Assembly (NCBI GenBank): GCA_944376805.1
Contig: CALWDX010000062.1
Span: 5,542 to 69,541 of the forward strand
DNA from: an uncultured Clostridia bacterium
Lineage (GTDB): Bacteria; Bacillota; Clostridia; Lachnospirales; CAG-274
Direction: 5' to 3'
DNA length: 64,000 nt
Shown here: piece by piece, positions 48,988-58,821 of the stretch
Position numbering within the stretch: the first letter of the stretch is position 1
How the letters are laid out: each line of letters begins with the position of its first letter
Made by a program: the position numbers and the translations under genes
Notes under the pieces: generated by a model
Database searches by the model: none
Seen by the model: only the letters and a program-made list of their open reading frames with translations
What the model was told of the DNA's origin: nothing

Positions 48988-51369
48988 ATGAACGAAAAAG
49001 CATTAAGAACTTTAGAATTTGATAAAATAATAGAAAAAGTAGCTAGTTTTGCAAGTTCTTTTGTTGGTAAAGAAAAAGTAAGAGCTTTAAAACCTAGCAA
49101 TAATATAAAAGAAATACAAACTTGGCAAAAAGAAACTTCTCAAGCTGTTAGTATGATACTTAAAAAAGGGTCTTTAAAAGTAGGTGGACTTAGATACATA
49201 AACCCTTTTTTACAACGTACTGCCATAGGTGGTAGCTTAAATTTTGAAGAACTTTTAAATATAGCAGATTTTTTAAGTGCTTGTAAAAGAGCTAAAGATT
49301 ATGCTAAAAGTGAAAATAAATATGATGTTTATGATGCATTAGAACCTAAATTTGAAATTATTGAACCAATAGAAAGTTTAGATAAAGAAATAACTAGATG
49401 TATAATTTCAGATACAGAAATGTCTGATGATGCTAGTGCTAAACTTAGAGAAATAAGAAGAGATATAAAATTAACTAATGATAGAGTTAGAGTTGAACTT
49501 AATAAAATAATACAATCTAGCACATATAAAAATATGTTGCAAGACCCTGTTATTACAGTTAAAAGTGATAGATATTGTATACCCGTTAAGGCAGAATATA
49601 AAAACTCTTTTTCAGGTATGGTACACGACCAATCGGCAACAGGTGCTACTGTTTTTATGGAGCCTACAAGTGTTGTTATGCTTAACAACAAAATAAAAGA
49701 ATTACATTCAGATGAATTACAAGAAATAAATAGAATACTTAAAAAGTTATCTGAAATGGTAAATGAGCATAGAGATATTTTACTTAGTAATTTAGTTATT
49801 TTAACAGAAATTGATTTTATATTTGCAAAAGGGGAATACTCTATAAATATTAATGGTACAGAACCTATTTTTAATGAAAAAGGATATATAAATATTAAAA
49901 AAGCAAGACACCCACTATTAGACCCTACAACTGTTGTATCGACAGATATTTATTTAGGTGATGAGTTTACAACACTTCTTATAACAGGGCCTAATACTGG
50001 TGGTAAAACGGTATCTTTAAAAACAATAGGATTATTTACATTAATGGGACAAGCAGGACTTCATATTTCTGCTTTTGATAAATCTGAACTTGCTGTTTTT
50101 GACAATGTATTTTCTGATATAGGTGATGAACAAAGTATTGAGCAAAGTCTTAGTACATTTTCTGCACATATGACAAATATAGTATCTATATTAAATGAAG
50201 TAACTGATAATTCTCTTGTACTTTTAGATGAGTTAGGAGCAGGTACAGACCCAACAGAGGGAGCGTGTCTTGCAATGGCTATTATACAATATTTGCACGA
50301 TAGACAAATAAGAACAGCAGTTACTACACATTATAGTGAATTAAAAGTATTTGCTATATCAACTGAAGGTGTATCAAATGCATCTTGTGAATTTGATGTT
50401 CAAACACTTAGACCAACTTATAGACTTTTAATAGGTGTACCTGGTAAAAGTAATGCTTTTGCTATTTCTAAAAGATTGGGTTTACCAGATTATATTATAG
50501 AAGATGCAAAAAATTTACTTAGTAAAGAAGATACTAAATTTGAAGATGTTATTACAGACCTTGAAATAAACAAAAAATCTTTAATGATAGAAAAAGAAAG
50601 AGCAGAAAGTTACAGATTAGAAGCAGAAAGACTTAAAAAAGATGTAGAAAATCAAAAACAAAAAACTAGAGAGCAAAAAGAAAAAATACTATTTAAAGCT
50701 ACTGAAGATGCAAAAAGAATAATTGCTCAAGCTAAAATAGATGCTGATAATATTGTAAAAGAAATTCAAAAATTGGCTAAAGAACAAGCTAATCAAAATG
50801 ACATTAATAATCAAAGACAAAAATTAAAAGATAAACTTTCAAAACTAGATAGTAGATTAGAAAAATTTAATAGTAAAAATGCTCAAAAGCGTGTTATACC
50901 TAAAGACCTTAAAAAAGGTGAAAGGGTGTTTATTCATTCATTAAATCAATCTGGTACAGTAACAAGTCCACCTAATCAAAAAGGCGAAGTTATGGTTATG
51001 GCAGGCATTATAAATATAAAAGCAAATATAAAAGATTTATCTATTGATACAAATTATATTGAACCTAAAAAAGAACCTCCAAAACCTAAAAAGACAGCTA
51101 GTTTTAAAAATAATAAAGCTATGAATGTATCTTATGAAATAGACTTAAGAGGGCTTTATGTAGATGAAGCAATAGAAAAAGTTGATAAATTTATAGATGA
51201 TGCATTTTTAGCTGGTATGGATACTATAAGCCTTATACATGGTAAAGGAACAGGGGCTTTAAGAACTGGTATACATGAATATTTAAGACGTCATAGTAGA
51301 GTTAAAAAATATCGTTTAGGTGAATTTGGTGAAGGTGATGCAGGTGTTACTATTGTAGAACTTAAGTAA
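48988..51369 (+). CDS. mutS2: Endonuclease MutS2
   Basis: TLEFDKI, GPNTGGKT, LDELGAGTDP, TTHYSELK and a C-terminal Smr domain (IHGKGTG). Confidence 0.96.
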   Translation: MNEKALRTLEFDKIIEKVASFASSFVGKEKVRALKPSNNIKEIQTWQKETSQAVSMILKKGSLKVGGLRYINPFLQRTAIGGSLNFEELLNIADFLSACKRAKDYAKSENKYDVYDALEPKFEIIEPIESLDKEITRCIISDTEMSDDASAKLREIRRDIKLTNDRVRVELNKIIQSSTYKNMLQDPVITVKSDRYCIPVKAEYKNSFSGMVHDQSATGATVFMEPTSVVMLNNKIKELHSDELQEINRILKKLSEMVNEHRDILLSNLVILTEIDFIFAKGEYSININGTEPIFNEKGYINIKKARHPLLDPTTVVSTDIYLGDEFTTLLITGPNTGGKTVSLKTIGLFTLMGQAGLHISAFDKSELAVFDNVFSDIGDEQSIEQSLSTFSAHMTNIVSILNEVTDNSLVLLDELGAGTDPTEGACLAMAIIQYLHDRQIRTAVTTHYSELKVFAISTEGVSNASCEFDVQTLRPTYRLLIGVPGKSNAFAISKRLGLPDYIIEDAKNLLSKEDTKFEDVITDLEINKKSLMIEKERAESYRLEAERLKKDVENQKQKTREQKEKILFKATEDAKRIIAQAKIDADNIVKEIQKLAKEQANQNDINNQRQKLKDKLSKLDSRLEKFNSKNAQKRVIPKDLKKGERVFIHSLNQSGTVTSPPNQKGEVMVMAGIINIKANIKDLSIDTNYIEPKKEPPKPKKTASFKNNKAMNVSYEIDLRGLYVDEAIEKVDKFIDDAFLAGMDTISLIHGKGTGALRTGIHEYLRRHSRVKKYRLGEFGEGDAGVTIVELK

Positions 51370-51472
51370 CAATTTATTAATAAATAAAATATTAAAATTA
51401 AAAAAATATTCATTTTTATTTAATATTTAAATGTTAAAATCTTTTATAGTATTTTAAAAGGGAGAAGATTTT

Positions 51473-52159
51473 ATGAGTAAACTAAAAATTTTAGTAGTAG
51501 ATGATGATGAACATATTGCAGAGCTTATAAGTTTATATTTAAACAAAGAAGGTTATGAAACAAAAGAAGTTTATAGTGGGCGAAAAGCTATTGAAGAATT
51601 TTCTAATTTTTCCCCACATTTAGTGTTACTTGATATTATGTTGCCAGAAGTAGATGGTTATCAAGTATGTAGAGAAATTAGAAAAATAAGTTCTGTTCCT
51701 ATAATAATGCTTACTGCTAAAGGTGAAATTTTTGATAAAGTTTTAGGGCTTGAGCTTGGAGCAGATGATTATATAGTTAAGCCTTTTGATAGTAAAGAAC
51801 TTTTAGCAAGAGTAAAAGCTGTTCTTAGAAGATTTGATAAAAAAGAAGATAATAATCAATCTAATCAAATAGTAGTGCCTAATATGACTATTAATCCTTC
51901 AACTTATGTTGTAACATATCACGGAACAGCATTAGAATTACCACCAAAAGAATTTGAGCTTTTAAACTTTTTAGCACAACACCCTAATCAAGTTTTTACT
52001 AGAGAGCAACTTCTTGATAAAATTTGGGGTTATGAGTTTATAGGTGATACTAGAACAGTAGATGTTCATGTTAAAAGACTTAGAGAAAAAATGCCTTATG
52101 AAGATGTTTGGAGTTTAAAAACTGTTTGGGGTGTTGGTTATAAATTTGAAAATAAATAA
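51473..52159 (+). CDS. OmpR/PhoB-family response regulator (no adjacent kinase)
   Basis: VDDD, LDIMLP, GADDYIVKPF and RTVDVHVKRLR. Confidence 0.95.
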   Translation: MSKLKILVVDDDEHIAELISLYLNKEGYETKEVYSGRKAIEEFSNFSPHLVLLDIMLPEVDGYQVCREIRKISSVPIIMLTAKGEIFDKVLGLELGADDYIVKPFDSKELLARVKAVLRRFDKKEDNNQSNQIVVPNMTINPSTYVVTYHGTALELPPKEFELLNFLAQHPNQVFTREQLLDKIWGYEFIGDTRTVDVHVKRLREKMPYEDVWSLKTVWGVGYKFENK

Positions 52160-52213
52160 AAGTTATTAAAAGTATTTTTTATATTGAAAAAATCATTATT
52201 TATAAATTTTTTA

Positions 52214-52242
52214 TTGATATATATTTTGTATTATGATAAAAT
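52214..52242 (+). promoter_or_regulatory. SigmaA promoter of secG
   Basis: TTGATA-17-TAAAAT with extended TG. Confidence 0.6.
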
Positions 52243-52273
52243 ATAAAAAGTGATTTTTTAGGAGGATTAAATT

Positions 52274-52804
52274 ATGGAAGAAACAACAGTGCAAGAAACA
52301 ACAGCACAAGATGATAATACAGATACACAAGAAACTACTTTAAAAATTGAGCCAAGAGTGTCAGGTGGAGAAGAAGCAGAAAGTGAAACACTTTCTATTG
52401 AACCAAGAGTAGTAGAAGGAGAAGTAGTAGAAGGTAAAACGGAACAAGCTAGTACAGAGAGTGAAAATGGAAATAGTGAAAGTACAAGTGAAACATCTTC
52501 AGATACAAGTACAGAAACTACAACAGCAACACAAACACCTTCTGAAACAAATAGTATGAGTATACCTTTTATTGGACTTTCTATTATACAATGTGTAATT
52601 GCGTTTCTCCTTATTGTAGTTGTTTTACAACAATCTAAATCAGCATCAGGTATGACATCTAGTACTATGATAGGTAATGGAGATAATCAATCATATTGGA
52701 GCCAAAACAAAGGTAGAAGTAAAGAAAGTAAATTAGCTAGAATGACTGTTATATTAGGTGTTATATTCTTTATTATAACAATTACTTTAGGTCTTATAAG
52801 ATAA
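52274..52804 (+). CDS. secG: Preprotein translocase SecG with 94-aa acidic Thr/Ser/Glu-rich N-terminal extension
   Basis: The C-terminal 82 aa have two TMs, VVLQQSKSASGM and KGRSKESKLARMTVILG. Located upstream of rnr. Strong AGGAGG precedes only the distal start. Confidence 0.85.
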   Translation: MEETTVQETTAQDDNTDTQETTLKIEPRVSGGEEAESETLSIEPRVVEGEVVEGKTEQASTESENGNSESTSETSSDTSTETTTATQTPSETNSMSIPFIGLSIIQCVIAFLLIVVVLQQSKSASGMTSSTMIGNGDNQSYWSQNKGRSKESKLARMTVILGVIFFIITITLGLIR

Positions 52805-53076
52805 TATAATTTTAAAATTAAATAAAATATTGGAGGATTTAATTTTCCTATATTTTAGGTAGAGAAACTTTAGTAGATATAGTTAATATAATATAACTTC
52901 TTTAATATATTATATAGTTAAGTAATTTATAATATAGGGTTTAATTAATAAAAAATTAAATCCTATATTTTTTATATTAATTTATTTAATAACTATTGTA
53001 AAAAAATATAATAATGTTGTATAATAATTATAAAATTGAAATTTAAAGTATAAAATAACACATAGGAGGTGTTAAA

Positions 53077-55215
53077 ATGTTAGAAGAAAAAAAAGAAAAA
53101 ATATTAGGATTTATTAAATGTAAAGAATATAAACCTATGAAGATTAATGATATTATGATGCTTATGGAAGTACCAACACAAGATAAAGATTTATTTCAAC
53201 AAGTAATAAATGAAATGTTAGTTGAAGGAAAGCTTTTTTTAACTCAAAAAGGTAAAATAATGACGCCTGAAAGTTTAAATATGGTTTATGGTACTTATAC
53301 TAGTACAGCTAAAGGCTTTGGATTTGTTATAGTAGAAAATGATGACATATATAATAAAAAAGATATTTTTATACACGAAAAAAATTCAAATGGTGCTATG
53401 CATAAAGATAAAGTATTATGTCAAATTATAGAAGATGATACTGGAAAAAGGCCAGAAGGAATTATTATAAAAGTATTAGAAAAAGGTTATAAACATATTG
53501 TTGGTACTTTTGAGCAAAATCAAAGTTTTGGTTTTGTTATACCAGATGAAAAAAGAATGTATAATGATATTTTTATACCTAAAAAGTATACTATGGGAGC
53601 AGTTACTGGTCATAAAGTAGTTGTAGAAATTATTAAACAACCTGAAGGGGATAAAAAACCAGAAGGTAGAGTAACTGAAATTATAGGTCATATAAACGAC
53701 CCAGGAGTTGATATTTTATCAATTATAAAACAATTTGATTTACCAACAGATTTTGAAGATATAGTTTATAAACAAGTAGAAAATATACCAAGTGAAGTTT
53801 TAGAAGAAGAAAAAATTAACAGATTAGATTTAAGAAATATTAAAACAGTAACTATTGATGGTGAAGATGCAAAAGATTTAGATGATGCTATAACTATTGA
53901 AAAGTTAGATAATGGACATTATAACTTAGGTGTTCATATAGCAGATGTTACACATTATGTTAAAGAAGGAACTCCACTTGATAGAGAAGCTTTAAAAAGA
54001 GGTACTAGTGTTTATCTTGTAGATAGAGTTATACCGATGCTACCTCATAAATTATCTAATGTTATATGTTCTTTAAATCAAAAAGAAGATAGATTAGCCT
54101 TAAGTTGTATTATGGGAATAGATAAAAATGGTAATGTTGTAAATCATCAAATAGCAGAAACTATTATAAATGTTGATAAAAGAATGAGTTATACTATTGT
54201 AAATGATGTTTTAACTAATGAAGATAGTTGTTATTTAGAAGATAACAAAGAGTTTTTAAATATGTTTAAAACTATGGAAGAACTTAGAAATATACTATTA
54301 CAAAAGCGTATAAAAAGAGGTGCTATTGAATTTGATTTTGAAGAAGCTAAAATTCTTTTAGATGAAAATAGAAAACCTATTGAAATAAAATTATATGATA
54401 GAAATGTAGCAACTAGTATAATAGAAGAATTTATGCTTATTGCTAATGAAACTGTTGCTGAACATTATTATTGGTTAGAGCTACCTTTTGTATATCGTTC
54501 ACATGAAGAACCAGATATAGAAAAAGTTGAAGAAATGGCCGAGTTTATTTCTAAATTTGGTTATAAATTAAAAGGTAGTAATATTCATTCTAAAGCATTT
54601 CAAAAGTTGCTTGATAAAGCTAAAGGAACACCTGAAGAAATGATTATAAGTAGAGTTGTTTTAAGAAGTTTTAAACAAGCTAGATATACTTTTAGAAACG
54701 AAGGTCATTTTGGACTTGCTGCAAACTATTATTGTCATTTTACTTCACCTATAAGACGTTACCCTGATTTACAAATACACAGAATTATAAAAGAAAATAT
54801 AAGTGGAAAATTAGATGAAAAACGAATAAATACACTTAGTAAAAAATTGCCTGATGTTTGTCTTAAATGTTCTACTAGAGAACGTGTAGCAGATGATGCT
54901 GAAAGAGAAACTTGTCTTGTTAAAAAAGTTGAATTTATGGAAGATAAAGTAGGACAAATTTTTGAAGGTGTTATATCTAGCGTTACAAGTTGGGGTATAT
55001 ATGTAGAATTACCTAATACAGTTGAAGGTATGGTTTCTCCTAAAACCATTGAAGATGATTATTACTACTATGATGAAAAAAATATGCAATATTTTGGAGA
55101 AAAAACAGGTAAAAGATATTGTTTAGGTGATGTTGTTAAGGTAAAATTAGTAGATACTAACTTATATGAAAGAACTATTGATTTTAAATTTGTTAATGAT
55201 GAAGACATAGAATAA
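53077..55215 (+). CDS. rnr: Ribonuclease R
   Basis: TIDGEDAKDLDDA, RGTSVY, HFGLA, HFTSPIRRYPDL and an S1 domain. Confidence 0.96.
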   Translation: MLEEKKEKILGFIKCKEYKPMKINDIMMLMEVPTQDKDLFQQVINEMLVEGKLFLTQKGKIMTPESLNMVYGTYTSTAKGFGFVIVENDDIYNKKDIFIHEKNSNGAMHKDKVLCQIIEDDTGKRPEGIIIKVLEKGYKHIVGTFEQNQSFGFVIPDEKRMYNDIFIPKKYTMGAVTGHKVVVEIIKQPEGDKKPEGRVTEIIGHINDPGVDILSIIKQFDLPTDFEDIVYKQVENIPSEVLEEEKINRLDLRNIKTVTIDGEDAKDLDDAITIEKLDNGHYNLGVHIADVTHYVKEGTPLDREALKRGTSVYLVDRVIPMLPHKLSNVICSLNQKEDRLALSCIMGIDKNGNVVNHQIAETIINVDKRMSYTIVNDVLTNEDSCYLEDNKEFLNMFKTMEELRNILLQKRIKRGAIEFDFEEAKILLDENRKPIEIKLYDRNVATSIIEEFMLIANETVAEHYYWLELPFVYRSHEEPDIEKVEEMAEFISKFGYKLKGSNIHSKAFQKLLDKAKGTPEEMIISRVVLRSFKQARYTFRNEGHFGLAANYYCHFTSPIRRYPDLQIHRIIKENISGKLDEKRINTLSKKLPDVCLKCSTRERVADDAERETCLVKKVEFMEDKVGQIFEGVISSVTSWGIYVELPNTVEGMVSPKTIEDDYYYYDEKNMQYFGEKTGKRYCLGDVVKVKLVDTNLYERTIDFKFVNDEDIE

Positions 55216-55235
55216 TAAAAGTAAAATTACAATTT

Positions 55236-55270
55236 ATAAAAATAACATCTATTTTAGATGTTATTTTTAT
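55236..55270 (+). terminator. Terminator after rnr
   Basis: ATAAAAATAACATCTA-TTT-TAGATGTTATTTTTAT. Confidence 0.7.
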
Positions 55271-55393
55271 GTTTTAATACTATTATTTACATTAAATTAT
55301 TACAGTTTTATTTCAAATTTAAAAATATGTTGGAATTATGTAAAAAAATTTGTTATAATATAAAAAGTACAAGAAAAATAATGGAGGCTTTTT

Positions 55394-57538
55394 ATGTTGA
55401 AATTTAAAAATAACTTTCTAATTTTTTTAACATTCATTTTTATTTTAATGTTAAATTTTAGTGTTTTTGCAGCACCATATGTAAACTTAAAAATAACTTA
55501 TGATGGTAAAACTTATACATATAATGAAGAAAAAGTTTATTTATATGTAAACTCAGAAAAAGTAGAAAAATTACCATTAGAGCCAATTATTATCAATGAT
55601 TATACACTTGTACCTGCTAGAGAAACTTTTGAAAAAGTGGGGGCAGAAGTTACTTGGATAAAGGAAAGTCAACAAGTACAAGTAGTATATAAAGATTTAG
55701 TTGTTCTTATGAAAATAAATGATGTTAATGCTACTGTTAATGGACAACTTTTTAAAATGGATATACCACCTAAACTTATAAATGGTAAAACAATGATACC
55801 TGTTCGTTTTGTAAGTGAAGCTATAGGTCTTACTGTAAATTGGAATGGTAATAGTAGAATAATAAATATTATTGAAAGACCACAACAAGATACAACAACA
55901 GAAACAACTACAATTAATGTGGTAACAGAAACAACAACAGAAATAACAACAGTATCTCAACCAAATATTGTTATAGAAAGTATAGATATGCCAGACTCTG
56001 ATGAAAGAACTTTTGGTATATATGCAAATGGAAAAATTGAAAAATTTGAGCAAGTAATATTAGAAGATGGTTCTGTTGCAATAGATATATATAATTCTAA
56101 ACATATTTTATCACAAACAAATATGACTAGTGTTACAGAATTTGTTTCTAATGTTTCAGTAGAAAGTAGAGAAAATAATATAACTAGATTTATTTTTAAA
56201 ACAACAAGTTCTGTTTTAAATAATAATTTTTTATCTAAAGATGGCAAAATATTATATGCTAATTTTGGTGGAAATCCTATAGAAAAAATAGAGGCATATA
56301 ATGATGGTACTAATGATATATTAAAAATATATGGGGAATATGAACCAAAAGTAAATGTATCTAAACAAGAAACTATTGCTTCTATGGATATAAAAGTTGA
56401 AAATGCTTCACTTGTTAATTTAACAGAAAATATTAAAGATACTAAATATATTGATAAGTTAGATTATAGTAAAAGTACAAATATACTTGTTAATATAGAA
56501 GCTAGTTTAAAAGAAAATGCTAAATTTGATGTTAAAACAGAAGATAATATAGCCATTATTACAATAGGACAAGATATAGGTAATACAAATAATAATGGCA
56601 ATAATAATGATAATAATGATAGTAATAATAATAACAATAATTCTAATATTGGAAATGAATCAAATGGAAGTGTTACTTCTAGTAGACAATTTAAAATAGA
56701 GAAAAATTCAAGTGTGTCTATTAATATAAATAATATTAAACATACAGATAATTACACTAAGAAAGAATATGTTTTAACTTTTGATAAAGATATAACTTCT
56801 TTAATAATCTTAGGTGAACACCAAGTTAATAATGAGCTTGTAGATAAAATATTAGTTGAAAATATTTCAGGTGTTACACAAATAACTTTAAAATGTAAAA
56901 AAATAACAGCTGTTAATGTTACAGAAGATAATAATTATATATATATTAATATGCTTCATCCTAAAGAAAAATATAAAAATATTGTTGTTATAGACCCAGG
57001 ACACGGTGGTGCAGATTCAGGTGGTACTGGAAATGGTTTAACAGATAGAGATGTAAATCTTGCAATTGCTCTTAAATTAAATCCATTATTTGAAGCAAAC
57101 CCAAATATTAAAGCATATTTTACAAGACTTGAAAATGTTTATCCTAGTTATGATGATAGAACTAATATGTCAAATGAAGTTGGTGATATTTTTGTATCAA
57201 TACATCAAAATGCTACAACAAATACATCAGCAAATGGTACAGAAACATATCATTTAAAACCTAATACAGATGATAGAGGCCTTACAAGTAAGGCATTAGC
57301 TGAAATATTCCAAAAAAATCTTTTAGAAGATTTAGGATTATTGGATAGAGGTGTAAAAACTAACAATTATATTGTTCTTAGAAATAATAAAGTGCCTTCT
57401 ATCTTATGTGAAATAGGATTTTTAACTAATGCTTCAGATGCTAGTAAATTAGGTAACCCAGAGTTTCAACAAAAAGTAGCACAATCTCTTTATGATGCAA
57501 CTGTTGAAGTATTTGAAAAATATCCAAGCAAAAGATAA
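55394..57538 (+). CDS. N-acetylmuramoyl-L-alanine amidase (Amidase_3) with signal peptide, CAO-N domain and AMIN-like middle region
   Basis: TLVPARE and TMIPVRFVSEAIG (CAO-N). VIDPGHGG, FVSIHQN and ILCEIGFLTN (amidase). Confidence 0.9.
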   Translation: MLKFKNNFLIFLTFIFILMLNFSVFAAPYVNLKITYDGKTYTYNEEKVYLYVNSEKVEKLPLEPIIINDYTLVPARETFEKVGAEVTWIKESQQVQVVYKDLVVLMKINDVNATVNGQLFKMDIPPKLINGKTMIPVRFVSEAIGLTVNWNGNSRIINIIERPQQDTTTETTTINVVTETTTEITTVSQPNIVIESIDMPDSDERTFGIYANGKIEKFEQVILEDGSVAIDIYNSKHILSQTNMTSVTEFVSNVSVESRENNITRFIFKTTSSVLNNNFLSKDGKILYANFGGNPIEKIEAYNDGTNDILKIYGEYEPKVNVSKQETIASMDIKVENASLVNLTENIKDTKYIDKLDYSKSTNILVNIEASLKENAKFDVKTEDNIAIITIGQDIGNTNNNGNNNDNNDSNNNNNNSNIGNESNGSVTSSRQFKIEKNSSVSININNIKHTDNYTKKEYVLTFDKDITSLIILGEHQVNNELVDKILVENISGVTQITLKCKKITAVNVTEDNNYIYINMLHPKEKYKNIVVIDPGHGGADSGGTGNGLTDRDVNLAIALKLNPLFEANPNIKAYFTRLENVYPSYDDRTNMSNEVGDIFVSIHQNATTNTSANGTETYHLKPNTDDRGLTSKALAEIFQKNLLEDLGLLDRGVKTNNYIVLRNNKVPSILCEIGFLTNASDASKLGNPEFQQKVAQSLYDATVEVFEKYPSKR

Positions 57539-57545
57539 TATTATT

Positions 57546-57587
57546 ATAAAATAAGGTATAATTTTTGAAGTTATACCTTATTTTTAT
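57546..57587 (+). terminator. Terminator after amidase
   Basis: ATAAAATAAGGTATAA...TTATACCTTATTTTTAT. Confidence 0.7.
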
Positions 57588-57613
57588 ATTTATAATAAAA
57601 TTATTAAAAGTTA

Positions 57614-57642
57614 TTGACATATTTATTTACTTATGGTATACT
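57614..57642 (+). promoter_or_regulatory. SigmaA promoter of tRNA-Leu
   Basis: TTGACA-17-TATACT with extended TG. Confidence 0.85.
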
Positions 57643-57661
57643 ATACGAGTAATTTATATTT

Positions 57662-57740
57662 GCGGACATGGCGGAATGGCAGACGCGCTAGACTTAGAAT
57701 CTAGTTCCTAGGAGTGTGGGTTCAAGTCCCACTGTCCGCA
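57662..57740 (+). tRNA. tRNA-Leu(TAG), CCA not encoded
   Basis: Acceptor GCGGACA/TGTCCGC plus A73. Anticodon arm CTAGA-CTTAGAA-TCTAG. T-arm GTGGG-TTCAAGT-CCCAC. Confidence 0.95.
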
Positions 57741-57745
57741 TATTT

Positions 57746-57770
57746 AAGACCACTTTTTAGTGGTCTTTTT
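57746..57770 (+). terminator. Terminator after tRNA-Leu
   Basis: AAGACCACT-TTTT-AGTGGTCTT plus T-tract. Confidence 0.8.
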
Positions 57771-57870
57771 TACATTTTAAATATTATTGCACTAATACTT
57801 CATAAATATATTAGATAATATTAATATAATTATCATATAATATATGAATAGGAGGTATTAATTTAAAATT

Positions 57871-58806
57871 ATGAAAAAAGATACAGAAAAATTTAATTTA
57901 GATGAAAATAAGTTTACAAATGAAAGTGAATTAGAATATCCAACAGAAGAAGATTTTATTGATATAAAAGTTTTAAATAATAATACTAGACTTTTAAACG
58001 AAAAAAAAGTTGATATAGAAAGTATTGAAAATGTAGCAAGAGAAAGTACTCCTATGGCTATAGAAAATGCTGTTAAAAATATTAATAGTGGAGTTTCACA
58101 AAATTTACAAGGTGTTGCTAAGGAGTCTAGTCAATATAATATTGAAAATAAAGTAAAGTCAATAGAAGATAAAGTTAAAAATTTAGATAAAATTATTAAT
58201 GATTCTATAAGTAACAATAAATTTCAAAAATGGACTTCTTTAAGTAATATAAATGAACGCTCTACAGTAGTAAATATTAATTATAGTGGTGAAAAAGAGT
58301 TATTAAATGTAAGTGGTTCTGGTAATTTAATTATGTGTGCTTTTGATTTATCTTCTGCTTGGAATGAACAAAATACTACATCAGATAAAATAGTATTAAA
58401 AATAGAAATTGATGATGAAGTTATTTTAAATTTAGGAGTTAAATTAGCAAAACGTATTAGTAATTATACAATAATGTCTCAAGTAGGTATAATAAATGAT
58501 TCATTTATAACTTTATATGAAGAAAGGGTTAGAGGCAAAACTAGTGCGTTACCTATGTATAGAACAGGTCAAATTGTTCGTATGTTTTTAGCAACATCTA
58601 GATTTTTAAGCCTTGGTAGTCAGGAGCAACAAGTATCTATATCAGGTGGTTTTAATTATGGTGATTCTTTAAACTTTGTATATTTAGATGGTAATGTTGT
58701 ATTACAACAACCTATACCTTTTGCAAGAAAATTAAGAGTATCTGCACATACAACTAAAGTATTAACAGGTAGTATAACTATGATGCATATTTATAATTTA
58801 AACTAA
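57871..58806 (+). CDS. Putative phage tail-fibre / receptor-binding-like protein
   Basis: N-terminal YPTEEDFIDIKVLNNNTRLLNEK resembles Firmicutes phage fibre N-termini. A coiled-coil follows, then a beta-rich C-terminal domain. Context includes an XkdX-like gene. RBS AGGAGG. Confidence 0.5.
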   Translation: MKKDTEKFNLDENKFTNESELEYPTEEDFIDIKVLNNNTRLLNEKKVDIESIENVARESTPMAIENAVKNINSGVSQNLQGVAKESSQYNIENKVKSIEDKVKNLDKIINDSISNNKFQKWTSLSNINERSTVVNINYSGEKELLNVSGSGNLIMCAFDLSSAWNEQNTTSDKIVLKIEIDDEVILNLGVKLAKRISNYTIMSQVGIINDSFITLYEERVRGKTSALPMYRTGQIVRMFLATSRFLSLGSQEQQVSISGGFNYGDSLNFVYLDGNVVLQQPIPFARKLRVSAHTTKVLTGSITMMHIYNLN

Positions 58807-58821
58807 TTTATGAGGTGTTTT

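Noticed and set aside
52805-53076. ncRNA in the secG-rnr spacer
   Set aside because: Two weak AT-rich hairpins and a plausible rnr promoter explain it. No recognisable RNA family.
55860-55960. Thr-rich DTTTETTTINVVTETTTEITT tract in the amidase as a distinct repeat element
   Set aside because: An ordinary low-complexity interdomain linker.
2018-56247. Short ORFs overlapping longer genes (2018, 2420, 2811, 11736, 17865, 19420, 20819, 28121, 29751, 33096, 34785, 40728, 43709, 48476, 49329, 53476, 54759, 55697, 55957)
   Set aside because: Nearly all are antisense or alternative-frame shadows of well-supported genes. They show Ile/Phe/Leu/Ser bias from AT-rich reverse strands and have no RBS or motifs.
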